Assembly (NCBI RefSeq): GCF_041146345.1
Contig: NW_027191415.1
Coordinates: forward strand, 310,001-374,000
Direction: 5' to 3'
DNA: 64,000 nt
From: Neodothiora populina
Lineage: Eukaryota
Shown: piece by piece, positions 36,765 through 50,544 of the stretch
How the letters are laid out: each line of letters starts with the position of its first letter
How positions within the stretch are numbered: position 1 is the stretch's first letter
The notes under the pieces: model-generated
The model's input: only the letters and a program-made list of their open reading frames with translations
What the model was told of the DNA's origin: nothing
Database searches by the model: none
Position numbers and translations under genes: made by a program

Positions 36765-37141
36765 GGGAAGGATCGTCGTGGTCTTCTACTTGGGAGGCGC
36801 GAGAATCCTCTGTTCCAGAAGATGCATCATCGGTGTGGAAATTGGTCTTCCTTTTGTGCAGCGTGGGGCGCATATAATGATCAGATTCGTTGAGATTTTG
36901 TTGCACAAGAACCTCACTGGCCTCGTCTTTCAGTTTGTAAGGATCATCACGGACTTCCACCTCGGAGGCGTGAGCATCATCTGTTCCGGACGATGCATCC
37001 TCAACATCGAGACCCGCCTTCTTTTTGTGCGAACGATGGTCATGTGACACGATAACCACAACATCATCGGGGTCAGGAAACTGTCCCGGAAGCGCATTCC
37101 GCTCATCGACTAGCAATGGATGGACACAGTCAGATGACATC

Positions 37142-39011
37142 TCATGATTCATCTCCACCAATAGACATTATTTCTGCGAGCTGGCCAAGGAACACGATTA
37201 GTAAAATCTTCTAAAGTATTGACATAGCTCCAGACATAAATCTTGGAAAGTACACACCGCCTCAACCGTTAGTGAGAATCCAGAGCACATCAACCAAAAC
37301 AGGGCTCTCTTTGCAAGGTGGACGCAGTCTGCGTCGATTGTTGTTAGAGTCCTCCTGTACATACCAAACAAGTCATGTGGAAGATTGTCGAGTGTACGTT
37401 TCAGTACCGGTAACGTAAGACAGCCTTCCAGTGCATCGATGGATAGAGCTACCCAACGGAAGCTTGTACTTGTCAGACATTCATCGTACCCTCGGCGACA
37501 ATCGAAAAAGCGACAATCTTACAGAGTACCAGCAGATGACATAAGCCCTTTACGTATACTGTCCTTGGCTGTGAGTGGCCATTTGTGCAAGTTACTAGAT
37601 GCTAAACGTTGATCAATATAGTACGCGATATCTTTTTCGTGTGATAGACCATCAACCGCGATTTTAGTACTGGCACAGGCCTCCAGTGGTCCAAGCATAT
37701 AATTACTGGGGGTTCCCGTAACAGCCACATGCACTTTCCCGGAGGCTGTCAACTTCGCGAGAAGTTCTATGGTATAGGAGCCGATGTCCCATTCGGTTGT
37801 GTCAATCGCGTCGACGGCTATGAGGACAGAAGGATAAAGCGATAATGCTGACTCTAGGGCCATCACGAGTTCAGGTACCTGGTCCGCCCATGGTTCTCTA
37901 TTGCTCGTCTGCTCCGAGAATAGTTGAGTGACATCGACGGGTATCTCCTTGTACGGCAGTCTTCGTACTAGATGCGAGATGCATGAGCACAACAGACTCG
38001 TGATTGAGAGTGTTTTCACGTCGTTGAAGTCGAAATAGTAGTAAATCATCTGATGAAAATGGTTGATTTGAGTTGATATCAGATTCGATCTATTCAATTC
38101 TCAGCAAGTGTATTCTTTAGCAAGTGCACTCGGAAAACTATACAAATGACTTACATCAATTTGGTCTTTCCACTGCCTGAGATCCCGTGAATCCACAATA
38201 TCGAACCTGGGCCGCTCCGCCACTCCTGGAAGTGGGAGTCATTCAACAGCCATACACCCGTCCCAGCTAGGTGTTTGTCGAGGGCTGCTTGATAATAGGA
38301 AGACGGGTCGATCTGTGTGAGCCACGCGAGGAGATCGTCTCTTCTTCGAATGTCATTGGCTTCCAGCAACAACGTACTTTGGTTATCTTGAATCACTCCA
38401 GCCAGAGTTTGCGTGAACGCATCGGAGTTCAAAAGTTCCAGTATCGCTTTAGATGTTTTCAGGGACGCTTCCAGTTCTATCCCAAGGCTAGGCAGAGATG
38501 CTGCAAGAGCCTTCGTCTGCTGCATTTGGGCTTCCTGAATCCTGAGCACCTCGGTCACCTCTGATGAAGTTTTCGATAATAGTTGGCAACCCTGGATATT
38601 GAGACTGAATTGAAACGTCGTTGTATATCGCTGAATGTCAAGGACTAACTGTGCTGTTTTCTGCCTACTGATGGGCCAGAGCATCCGCTTGGTGTGTTTT
38701 TTCACGCCAGTGGCATTCTCTTGACCGACTACTTTGGATTGAGCTTGTTTTAGTGTTCTTTCGCAAGCTATCTTCGTTTTACACATCACTGCACTCTCGT
38801 TAATGGCAAGTTTTGTGGCATCTGGCTCCTTTAGAAAATTTTCGAGGTGTTTGAGAATATGCGCAAGACGGTCCAGCTCTGCAGACAGATCTCTTATAGC
38901 CTCTGAGGAATGTTTCACCTCGATAGCATACTTTCCAGTGATTTGAGCTAATTGTATGGCAAGGGACGCGATGCCCACAAGTCCAGTTGCAAAAGTGAAA
39001 GGATCAATCAT
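37142..39011 (-). pseudogene. Truncated fungal NLR-like gene: HeLo-like N-terminal domain + NACHT, no C-terminal sensor repeats
   Basis: MIDPFTFATGLVGIASLAIQL start, KRMLWP, LAGTGVWLL, Walker A HGISGSGKT, YYYFDF, Walker-B-like IAVDAID, FRWVAL and LDNLPHDL. Three introns, then TGA at 37142-37144 early in the winged-helix region. Confidence 0.75.
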
Positions 39012-40016
39012 CGTATAATGGTTAGGTTGGTAGAAGAAACAGGAGTGGACTCGACGGCTTTGATAAGGTAGCTTCTTGATGAAATATATCACATACCGTC
39101 GCTCACCTCAAGTGGCTGTCAAGGACAGATGAAACCAGGCAGCTTCACTACTCGAGGATACTTCTTTTGATGGGTGTCGCTCTGTGATTGGTCATGTCTG
39201 CATGCGTCTCAGCCACTTCTGTCCAGTCTGGCATATCGCTCTTGAGGCAGTGTTGGAGGCTATGCATGAGATGCATATTGATGACGGTAGCATATCATAT
39301 CACTGTTACCGGTGTAGTATGATTTCTGTCAACATGGAGTCTGGAGAGTTGAGTCACAATGTCAGGCAAGGACCATCTACGCTTCGGCTAAGATAGTCAG
39401 GCGCGATCACGTCACATGATCGAAGCAGCATTCGAAATCCAGCTTGTTGTATCTGGAGATGTGGAGGGAAGTCACTGATGTCAGCTGCTCGCCTCGATCG
39501 GTGACAAATATGGCTTCAATCGTGATCTGTCGAGATAGGTTGTTTGCCAGCAAGATGCAAGCAAACACAGGTCTGTAAGTGAGATATTATTGTCTTGCAT
39601 GAGGCCGGACATGGTAAATGATATGTACTTATTAGTTCTCTTCTCGAGGAGTGTTGTTTACAACGTAAGAGACAGGGTCGCGGTCGTTCCACAATGTGGT
39701 CCGAGGGTAAACAGGCTACAACTTGTGAGATTAGATAAGATCTAGATTACCGCACTTGCAAAATAGTAATTAATTCACTCATATTTTGACCCAGACTCAA
39801 ACTCCTGCCAGCGCCTAAAGTCACTTGCGTCGCTAATTAATGCATTAAGATAGCCCTTTTTCCTCGCGTCAAACGCAATGACGCCTCAAACACCTGCCCA
39901 TATCTCTAGAATTACATCCCATCTCACGATCAAAGCGCTTTCTTCTCGAGAGAACTGCCGAACGGCTAAGACCAAAACGATGCTGAATCAGACACGGATA
40001 GAGAACCAGAAAATCA

Positions 40017-42346
40017 TTAGTCGTCTGCAGAAGGGATTCGAAGAACAGGGAACGCAGGTTTCTCGTGCATAGTATCCTGTGTCTGACGCTGCTGGTCCCT
40101 CTCGTACGTGTTGACTGGACTTCGCACGCTAGGTAGTTCGTAATTTGGTGCTGGGGTCTCTACTTCTCGTGCGGCTGAGGGAGGGGGGAAATACGTCTGC
40201 CCTTGTGAGCCCGGTGGAGGGAAATAAGGAGCTGTAACCGCTCCATGTTGCTGCGGGAGAAATGGTGATGCCGGGTGACCGCCTAGTTCCTGAGGTTCAA
40301 CATTCCGCGGTATGCTTCGAGCCGCATGGCCGTTAGCGCTGTCTATTGACGCTGGGCTCAGCACTGGAGATCCGGTGGCGTTGTAGTAGGTGTCAAAGCC
40401 TGTGCCATGACGAGAGATGGATGACAGGTCGGGTGGCTTGTTGCTGTGGATCGAATGTGCCCACCCATTAGGCGAAGTATCCATCTCTCGCAGCGGTGTA
40501 CCGGGTCGACCAGCTCGCGAAGATTCGGCACGCTCTGCTTGCTTTTTCTTGTACCATTTGCGTAGACAGAACCATACTAAGGCTACCACGGCTATGAGGC
40601 CCAATCCACCACCTACTGCACCGCCCACGATAGCTCCTGTGTGGCTAGTTGGTTTCGGACTTGGGCTGGAGGACGGTGTGGAAGTCGATTCTGGTATGTA
40701 ACGAGTGGGAGTTCTCGTGGATGCTGTGTACACCCGGGTGAAATAGACGGGAAGATCATTTGCAGCCCAGCCATCAGCAGGTGCTGTCACTGAAGCTCCA
40801 CCAGCTAGCCTGCACGATAAGTAAGTGAAAGGCCATAAATGTGTCGTTAAAGGCATGCAAGTCTAACTCACCCTCCTCCCACAGCAGATATGATCTCCGA
40901 GGGTACCTGATAATTCGTGATGTTTGGCTCGAAAAAATACCACTCGGCATCATCGACATTTTGCTTTCCGAGGTTAAGGTTGTGTATGCCATAAACATGC
41001 GGTACATCACACTGGGAGGAGTTGGTGAATGTCCCCCCCATGATGATCATCTGAGTTCCATCGATCACGTTACACGTGAGTGAATGATGTGGGAATGCAG
41101 TGGCATTGTTGTCGGTAGGAAACCACTAAAGATCATCAGATACATATCCTGATCAAACGAGTTGGACGAGGTGGACGGACCTTGATCCACTTGAACGATG
41201 GTAAGGACAGGATGTAGACATCATCGAAGCCGAGCGTATTTGGAGGCATAGATAGACCTCCATAGAGATAACTATGGTATGTGAGCGTCGTAAAATCAGT
41301 TGATATTCTTTTGCTTACATATTGTATGAACTGTGGTCTGCAGCCCAGGTGGCTCCGGCACAGAACCTTCGACGCATGTCCGGTACGTCTCCCGTTGCAG
41401 TCTGGGTATACCATTTGCTGTTTGCTATGTCATAGAGAAAGATTTGCTGCTAGCTGTTAGTCTCCAACTATACGGATATCTGCAGATAATACCAACATCC
41501 ATCGGTACCTAACAATAGTCAGTAAATTACTCGTCATGCTGATCAGAAGAGACTTACCCCAATCCAAGTACTGTTACCAGATCCATATGGAGCCTGCACA
41601 CCACCGAAATATACCAGCATGCCGCCATCAGAAGCTGGGATATACAGCATGACACCTTCCGCTCGCGGCGTTGAATCCGGTCCGCTATTGTTGCTCCAGG
41701 TATTATCTATCATGTCATACTGTAGCAAGGTCGAGGTCGCAAGTGGCGGTCCACTCCACCCTGGTACTGAAGCGTTGCTGAGCCAGCCTCCGTAGTAAAA
41801 GCCAAGCGCTCGGTCATCTACAGCAACACCTGCTCCAAACGATAAACGTGAAACGCCAGAATTATCTGTCGTTGTCGAGTTCCATGTATCGTAGAGGGTA
41901 TCGTAGAACCAGAGCTGGAAAGGTTGCGCTGGGCTATCGTAGTATTCGCCACCATACAAATAAAAGAGTTTGTTAACATTGTCTGCCCAGAGTATGCCTC
42001 CCTGAACCGATGGAGTGCTCGCGCTTTTCGTCAGATTGTCATATTCCTGGGGAAAGTGCTGATTGTCGACGTCCAGGTCTGCATACAATAGCCAGGTGTC
42101 TGGTAAAGACTTAGCTTTGCTCCACCATCAGGGCCATAGAAGAGTCTCACTAGTATAGTTTGTCGGATTCTGCGCGAGATTCTCATAATTGGCAAGCCCT
42201 CCATCGATGTACAGTTTGCGGTCAATCACGGTCGTCTGGTGAGCAAAACGGCGACAAAAGTCTGTGAGAGGATCATACTGCTGGCGCGATAGGCGAACGA
42301 GCGTCGCTATGAACAGGAGAAGCGACCGCAATCGTATCGCTGCCAT
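40017..42346 (-). CDS. Kelch/galactose-oxidase-type beta-propeller, single-pass membrane protein
   Basis: Signal peptide. DFCRRFAHQTTVIDRKLYIDGG, YLYGG, FYYGG, LVYFGG and IIMGG kelch motifs. TM segment GAIVGGAVGGGLGLIAVVALVWFCL followed by a basic stop-transfer. Many introns. Confidence 0.85.
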
Positions 42347-43950
42347 GTTTGAAGATGCTCTCAATGAGCCGTTAGGTTACTGAATTGCAGTTGAACGACA
42401 TCAACATGGACAGAAGACGTCTCAGATTCACAGCCTCGAATCACTCAACTCGACACCGGTTGGGAGTGGAAAGGCTTGACTGTGTAAGCAACACATGAAC
42501 GTGATAATTTGTCAGAGGTAAGAACACACCGACAGGGTTCAGCGTGCATGGTCCTCACTGTCCAGTGCCATGAACACTCGCGCTGAGGTGGGGGCGATGG
42601 GTGTTGGTGTCGTCTATGCAAGAAGACTGAGCTGCATGGTGAGTATCCTATAAGATCTCACAGGACACCCGCTTATACCGTTAGCGGAATGTCTCCTCCT
42701 CAGCCGCATGCCTCAGATAAGTAGCTGTGGCTGGATCATAGAAAGTCCATTTGAAGCCTGTAGCGTCGCGTTGTGCACGCCTCGACTTTCCTGCATCTGC
42801 ATATGAATTTCGTATTTACCGGAGGCGTGGCTATGGCGGGGTCACTCCCGGAATGCGCATTGAGCAGGACCCGAGGCCGTCTCTTTACTGAGGCTTTGGT
42901 TGAGGCGATTGTCGAATCCCTGTATCTCACTGAACAGCGAGATTGGCACGAGTAGGCTGAAGGTCGGGGGTGTCGCACCACGAAAGCGTGCATGAAAGTC
43001 AATCACATGTCTTCGATGAACGGTGAAGAAAACATGGTACGGTGTTCAACAGCACCACAGAAGCTGGTCAGAAATTAGCTCCATTCGGGTTCGTGCATGT
43101 TGCCTAAACCGTAGGTCAAGCCAATCGTGTGTCTAAGGTCTGGCGAAGTAGGTAACACATCAGCTCACCCCCTGCAGGTTTGATGCATAAAGCCCCGCAA
43201 CTAAGCATTCCGACCAGTGATTCCACTGAGTTACCACTTACCATAAACCCATAAGGGAAACAGTTTTGCGATCCTGCAGGCTCCTGAAACACTATGGAAA
43301 GAAAGCCACGAGATCATCAAGTCGCTCAGACCCGTCTAGGTTTGCCACCTCAGCGAATTCCTCCGGTAGCACTCTGGTAGAATACATTGAGCACACCGGA
43401 ATAGGCAAATTGCCAGGTAGAAAGAGGTCAATGGCCGAACCGACTCTGTGTCTGACATATCATCAGAGCAGAAAGTCAAGGCAGTGAACGTTGGTCGCAA
43501 GAACTACAGTAATAGATTGTACAATAAAAGCATTTGCACGTTAGTATCTTGTGCTGAAAGTATACTCCAATGACAATGTTCGCAACCAAATTTTGACTAT
43601 GCGGAGATATGTGGGTTCTATGTTATGTGAGTAGATCCATTCCGCCGAGGTCATGTTTGCATTATCTTTATCCAAGATACGGAACACTGTGAGTGCTGCC
43701 TGGCATCAGCAAATCCTGTTGTCCTGTCGCATGCGCGAAGCCTTGGATCCTCGCGGCTCCACCTATGATGCATGTTATATACATGTACTCAATATCATGG
43801 ATGTGTGCGGACTGCACTATCGACATAAAAAGTCTAGACCAGGACTAGCCGCAATGACCGGCACTGTTCATTTCATGACGCCAAGTCATACGCGGAATCG
43901 ATCGACTGCTTTGACCATGATGAGCCTTTCCGATGGTCCTGCGGGCCCGA

Positions 43951-46815
43951 TCAGTTGGGGCCTTCTAGAACATCGCTCATTATGTGCAATATCCTCGACA
44001 GGCTTCTCGGCTTCCACATGCCCATCTCGTCCATTACATGCGCAAAATCCAAGAATGTCCGCCTTGCGGCCAGATAGCCATTGGCAATGACTGAGCCCGC
44101 GAGGGACACTGCCCCTCCCCGTTCAATGAAAATTGTTGCAGGCTCTGACATATCGGCGTTCCTCGCCGCTGTGGTCGAGCTGCTGTTCCACGTCTCGTTT
44201 TTCCCCGACATACCCGCGGCTCCGACAGCTACCCAGTTCACGTCTTCCGAGACATCAAAAACGACGTCGCATTTTGTGATTTCGCTTTCAGGCCGAACGA
44301 AAAGGAACAGTCCCAGCACGAGGGCCGCATGGAAAATTGCAGTCACTGTATCAATAGTAATAGGTTCCGAGACTTTACGATTGTGAAGTAGTTTCAGTAT
44401 CTGCGCTGCATGGACGCACGCTCGCCGGGCGGAAGAGGTCTGGGTCCATTCCGTAATGTCGGCCAATGCCTTAGTCGCAGGTTCAGCGCCGCTTCGACCT
44501 GCCGCAAGTTCGAATATGTGAATATTGGCGTTCAGTGTCATGCAAATGTTATGCCACAGCACCAGCGCGTTCAGATCCGCAAGCTCAGGCCTTGAGGTTA
44601 GCATAGGTGCAAGCGCCAGGACAACATGGATCAGCGATCTGCCCCGCATATCATCGTCGTATGAACACCAAGGGATCAGATGATCATGCCTGTCCCAGTC
44701 ATCTGATATGAGAAAGTGTCTGCATTGGGTATCGCATTGCCAGAGTTTGATAATGGACAGTAGAGCGTATTGCCCAAAGCCATGTAATGGAGGACTCATG
44801 CCAGTGATCATTTCAAGCGACCCCTCTAAGACCAAGGTTCGGGGTCGCAGGACGGGGAATGTCAGCCTGTATTTGTCTGTCATCATGAGCTGTTCCCATC
44901 TATCGGGTGAATCGGCTCGGAAAACAGCATTGTCGGATGGTATGCAAACTTGTATGCCTTCCGGGCGCACAATGGGGCTTCTTGAAAAGTATGCTGAATA
45001 CCACCAATCGTTGCTGAGTAGGCAGATGGTAAGCCGCTTGACCGAATCCAGGCGTCCCCACGCTTGCCAATGGTCATCTCTCGAGGTCGATCTGGCAAAG
45101 GTACCCTGAACTCGAACCTCATCAACGGCGAACAGGCCTTGCGTCTGTGCCTGTGCTAAGAGTGCCGTATGTAGAGATTGTGCGTGCGTGATTTGTTCAT
45201 GATCTCCAGACAGCGCAGCCAGACTCAAAGTCAAGCATCCTGCCGCATAGGTGGACAGTCGCCGTCCGACATTTGCGTCTGAGACGGCATCTAAGGCAAG
45301 GTCCTTCATCACGCGACGCAGAATCGTCCGGAAAGCGTGCTTTATATAGTTTCCCCCCATTTTGACGGAGCTGAGACCGAGCAGACACATCGCATATAAC
45401 AAGGGCAATGGAGTCGAATTCGCGCTAAAGGTGGCAATGTGGATAAAGGGTGCTAATGGATGAAATCGACGAAAGTAAGCATCGAGACAGATTTCTAGAA
45501 CTTCTGGAGGTGGAACACCAGAGTCTTTGGGCCTTGGGAAGCTGCTGCTGTTGCCAGGTCCAGATGTCGCGGTGGGGTTGGAAACACCGAATTCTGCCTC
45601 GAGTCTTTGCTTCAATTCCGAACTTATGCCCCATCGGCTGTCCCGTCTGTGTGGAGCAGGAATTGAACCTGCAGCGCTCGGAAGCATGAATATGTTTGGC
45701 CCGGGACTTGTGATAACATCATCCCAGAAATTAGGACCAAAAAATCGCGCTCCGCTAGACACAGGATGCCAACAAGCCTCCACACGGCCGAAGCGCTCAT
45801 TTGGTATATTGCTTGTCGAGGTCGTTCCATCACTCACTTCTGAGACTGCAGGGTGCAGGGGTGGCTGCATCGACGTGCTCACATTGGTACTATTATACAA
45901 GTCTTCCGGAGGTTCCAAGAAATTGAGTGCAGCATAAGAAAAATTGTCGTCTGCTTGAGCAAGCCAGTATTGGAGCATATCAGGCGACTGGTTCTCCGGA
46001 TTAGTCACACTTGTAGCCTGACCATAGTGATTTGGCATCATGTCACTGCGTGTCATACGAGAGTCCATAGTGACCAATTGAGGATCATAGACTTGTCCCG
46101 ACATTTGACCATTCAAGGAGCTAGGAAATCCAGGCATTTGACCATATGTCGTGGTCTCATACGCGTGCCCTGTGGAGACATGCGAGATTGAGCTTTGCTG
46201 TGCTGTGGACATTTCGTACTCCATATGACCAAGGGGCATGTCCGGGATGGAGAGGTGGCTGATCTGATCCGTGTGCGAAGACTCGAATGCTGGCGGCGCT
46301 ATCATGTTCGTGTTGCTCACCCGCTCAGGGCGGTCATTTCGCTCGTTCGAAAGGACATCCTGGTTATCCTTCTGAGGTGGGGTTGGTGCTGTTGCTGCTG
46401 ATGCTGCATCATACTGTTGGCCATTGGTTGATTGCTTCCTGGGCCTGTCATCGCCACCTTGCTCGGTGTGTAGCTTACTGTGCCGGAAAAGCACGTCGCT
46501 ACCGTCACCACAAAAGTTAGCATCACCTCAAAGGCGAAACCAATCGAGTGGCAGTATTTCACATCTATTACCTTCGTGAAAAACGTTTCTTGCAAATGGG
46601 ACATTCATACGGACGTTCACCGGTATCTAAAATCTGGGTCAGTCAAAGTCCCGAAATGTCACTCAGACACGGTGGAGCCTACGTGATCGCTTGTGGCGTA
46701 AGAAATGTTCGGCCTGGTCGAAAGGTCAGCGAGATGAACAACAGCACGGCACGCGGGCTTATCTGCCAACCTTGGTGAAGTTCTGATCACAAATTGAGCA
46801 CCTCCGCAATACCAT
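43951..46815 (-). CDS. C2H2 zinc-finger transcription factor with fungal-specific TF domain
   Basis: Spliced N-terminus MVLRRCSICDQNFTKAEHFLRHKRSHTGERPYECPICKKRFSRSDVLFRHSKLH (3 introns). YFRRFHPLAPFIH...LLYAMCLLG middle domain and ARRACVHAAQI. Confidence 0.9.
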
Positions 46816-47795
46816 CTCGTCTCATGCTCCGTGGTGGTCCAGTTGGGCATCACCTCCTGACCGGATAATTTTGGGATAGGGCAGCCCTGAGGCTGATGTT
46901 TTGTATAACGTAAGATAGGGCAGTGTTGTCACACAGGCAGGCACAGACACAGAGAAAGCACTAGGGGTGACTGATATCGAGTAGCACAAGCGAAGTGTCC
47001 CGCGCCGATACTCGTACACGCGCTGTGTACCGAGGTCGTTAGTGGGGAGTAACGATGGGTAGACGAGAAGGCGAGCAATTAATGTGCTAATGCGTACGCT
47101 CTTTAGACTCAAATTTGGAAGGGGGGAAGGCCGATGTGAAGGCCGATGCACGCCTTCGCGGTGCAGAGTGAGGATCGTGTGGGGAAGCTTGGCATGATCT
47201 GACCTTGTGTCGGTACTGGTCTCTGATGTGGTGCATCTTCATCAGGGTCGACAGTGAGCCACCCTGAGGTACTTTGTCATGAAGTTACAGTACGTGTATC
47301 GATCTGCCTACAGGTGCCTAGATTGTCATGATAATAAGGTGCAGGTACTGTACCTTCAAGACTTGGTACCTTACTTAAGGTACCTGACTTTAGGTCTCTC
47401 GAGGTACCTGTATCCTTGTACTCGGGTACGCTGTAGGAAGTTCTCGGCACCTCTCCAAGCACCTTTCAAGGCCATCATCGTGCGGCGGTGGCATTATTGT
47501 AGACATCGCAGGGCCTGAATCACATACCTCGTCACCTAGCACGGCGAAGACATGACAAATCCATGGCGCTGGATTGGCATTTTCTTTGACAGATATGGGA
47601 CATATCACGATAGTCATGATAATTCAGATATCCAATGGACTTTCGAGCCAAAGTATGAGCACGTGGCTTCCTATTTTAAACAAGGCGTGAATGCCTTCAC
47701 TTTGTAGTCTTGTGATACATGAGCCCTTCTTGTTCACTCTATTTCGGGTTTGTCCACACTCCTGTACCGAGCCCACCTATAGACGATACTTGTGT

Positions 47796-50544
47796 TTAGT
47801 TGTTCAATTCAACGTAGTTGGCAGGGAAAAGACCTTGCTTTCCGTTGAATTCTCCAAGCCACCAGTCTTCATCGGGGAATTCCTATCCCGATTGTTAGCG
47901 TCACTAGATTCGAAAGTTTCTCGTGCAAAGAGCTGTACTTACAATGTTGGTGATTGTGGCACCGTCAGGGAAGCTAAGCTCGTTGTCCTCGGTGGCTTCA
48001 TAATCGTACTGGGCAACAGCGGTCTTGCCAGCAGCCCCCGCAGCGGCGGGAGCGGCGGGTTCGGACTCCTCGTACTGTGATGGGGCAGGTGGAGCAGATC
48101 CAGCGCCAGCACCAGTCTCATCGTCCTCGATGATCTCGACATAGTTGCTTGGGAACAGACCGGTCTCGCCTCGAGAGTTCTGACCCATCCACCAATCTTC
48201 GTCCACCATGTCAATGTTCGTGACATAATCTCCCTCGCGGAGCTCAATCTCGTTGTCCTCGGCCTTTTCGTAGTCGTACTGCACGAGCGCACGCTTACCA
48301 TTGACAGCCGCGCCTGGATCTGCAGTAGCAGCGCCAGGACCAGCGACAGCTGCGCTCGCAGCACGAGCGGGATCTTCTGCTCCGATCTGAGGTTCTGGCT
48401 CCGCTTCTGTATGCGATTCCACTGCGGCAGCAATGGAAGCAGCGGGCATAGGCGGCTCATGCTCTTCAGCAGGAGCCATCGGGGCTGGCTCCGCGCTACG
48501 GGCGACTGGCATGACTATTCTGACAGGGCTGCTAGGAGCAAAGTCTTCGTCTGGTTCAGGAGAGGGCGATCGTGGGACCTGCGGGGGTGGAGGTGGAATG
48601 TTGACATGCTCATCTTCAGGATAATCCTCAGGTGCCTCAGATGCTGCCGGATGCTGAGGCAATCCTGGCATAGGAACGCCGCGAGCAGCTCCAGCATTTG
48701 GCTTGCTTGAGAGGTCCATTGGGGGAGGGTGGGGCGAAGCGAAGTCGTTGTGTTCCTCAGAAGCACCGCTGGCTGCACCCATTGGCGCAGCGTTCTTGAA
48801 GCGATCGCGGATGGCACTCACCCCACCGCTGGGCACTTCTGACTCCTCGTGAGCCTCTTCATTCTGAGCATCAGCATTGCTAGCACCAGTCCTTTGAGCA
48901 CTAATGTTACTAGCACCAGTGCGGTTGACTGCAACATCGCCCCACTTCTTTCCACTATAACCACTCTGCCAGCCGCCGCTTTGCTGCGCGTTGATGGGTG
49001 AGGCAGGGGCGGGTGCGCCACTGCTGGATGGGGGTGCAGCATCTCCCGAAGCACTCATGCCACGCTCACGAGCTTTTCTCTCGGCCCAGAGTTGAGCAGG
49101 AGTCTTGCCGCCCTGAGCAGCAAAGTTCTTGTCTGCAGCACCGATTGGAGCAGAGGTCGCGAGCGGCTTGGCCTCGAAGCCGCCAGGAGCTGGTGGCTTG
49201 GTACCGGCGAAAGTGCTTGCGCTGGATCCGAATCGATTGGCGACCTTGGGCTTTGGCAGAGAAGTGATGCGCTCGGACTGGCTGAAGGCGGCAGAACGCT
49301 CGGCAAGAGACTTTGGCGGTGCATCCTGTTCCCCAGACTGCTGTGCAGCGATGGGAGCAGGCGCGGCTGCAGATGGACCACCAGCTTTGGCGCGGATAGC
49401 AGCAATGTCCACTTTTCCAATGGGCTCATAGGATCCCTTGACCGGAGCTGGTCTGTCGTCAACAGTGTTGCCTTGCTCTTGTGCTTGTCTCCTGATGGCA
49501 GCAATGTCGATCTTGCCGATTGGTTGGTAACCCCCCTTTACGACATCGCTGGGCCCGTTGTTGCGAGGAGGAGAAGGAGGCTGGAAACGCGACGGCTCCT
49601 GCTTCTGGCCAGTGAGCTCTGCCATGTCGACCTTTGTGGGCTTGTATGCTGGGGCAACCTTCTCGAGCTGAGATCTGGTGACCTGAGGCGCGTCTTGGCC
49701 CCAGCCGTCATCGTCAGTGGGTCCAGAGGCGGAGGCGGCGGCGGCGCGAGGCTTCGAGCCAAGAGGATTGAAGCCGCCCGTGGCAGAGGAACGTGTCGGC
49801 ATGAAGACGGGCTTGGTGGCGATTGGAGGCGGTGCAGCGCTCGATGAGCTTGCGGGAGCAGGCGTCGAACCTCCACCATACTTTGCACCGGAAGAATCGG
49901 AGACCTTCTGAACGATACCCTCGGGGGTGAGGTCGCTGTCTGAGCGTGCTGTGATTTGCACGTGGTACCCCTGGACTTATGTGAGCATTTCATGTTGATG
50001 CCTGACGGCGCAGCGGCAGAGAGAGCAGCGGCGACACCAACGTACGTGTAAGAGCTTCGTGACGGCAGCGAGATGTGTGTTGAAGTAGCCTTTGGTTCTC
50101 TCCGGTACGCCCTCACCACACTGGACCCGGGTCAGCATTGAATTGTACGTCATGGTCAGGCCTCATCTTACCCATGCTATCAGGACGTTCTTGGGCAAGC
50201 CTGTGTTGGGGTCCTTGACCTTGACGAATCCGAACTGCACTCGGCCATCGGAGAACTCGTCTATGAGATCAACCAATTCACCCTCTGTATCGCAGATTAG
50301 TCCGGCAAGGCCACATACACTATGGCGAGAGACACCGACCTCCTGTGGTTTGCACCTTGAGCACGCTCTCCTTTCCCGAGTCCTGCTGGAAAGCGCTCAT
50401 AAGTGGTGCCTGGACGGTAAAGACGGCCCATTGGCCATAAGTCGCAGAGGAAGCTGCGGCGCCCGAAGGGAGTGGAGAGTCGACGACCTTCTTGTAGCTG
50501 GCATTGATGGAAGGTCCATTGCTGGACAGGTTTAGTGTTGCCAT
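47796..50544 (-). CDS. ABP1: Actin-binding protein (ADF-H domain, Pro-rich linker, two SH3 domains)
   Basis: MATLNLSSNGPSI start, ADF-H GRVQFGFVKVKD / WCGEGVPERTKG. SH3 motifs YDYEKAEDNEIEL...WWMG...GLFPSNYV and YDYEATEDNELSF...WWLG...GLFPANYV. Confidence 0.92.

Noticed and set aside
6376..39011. Ankyrin gene as the split-off sensor of the truncated NACHT gene
   Set aside because: The two are about 28 kb apart with many housekeeping genes between them and no sequence link.
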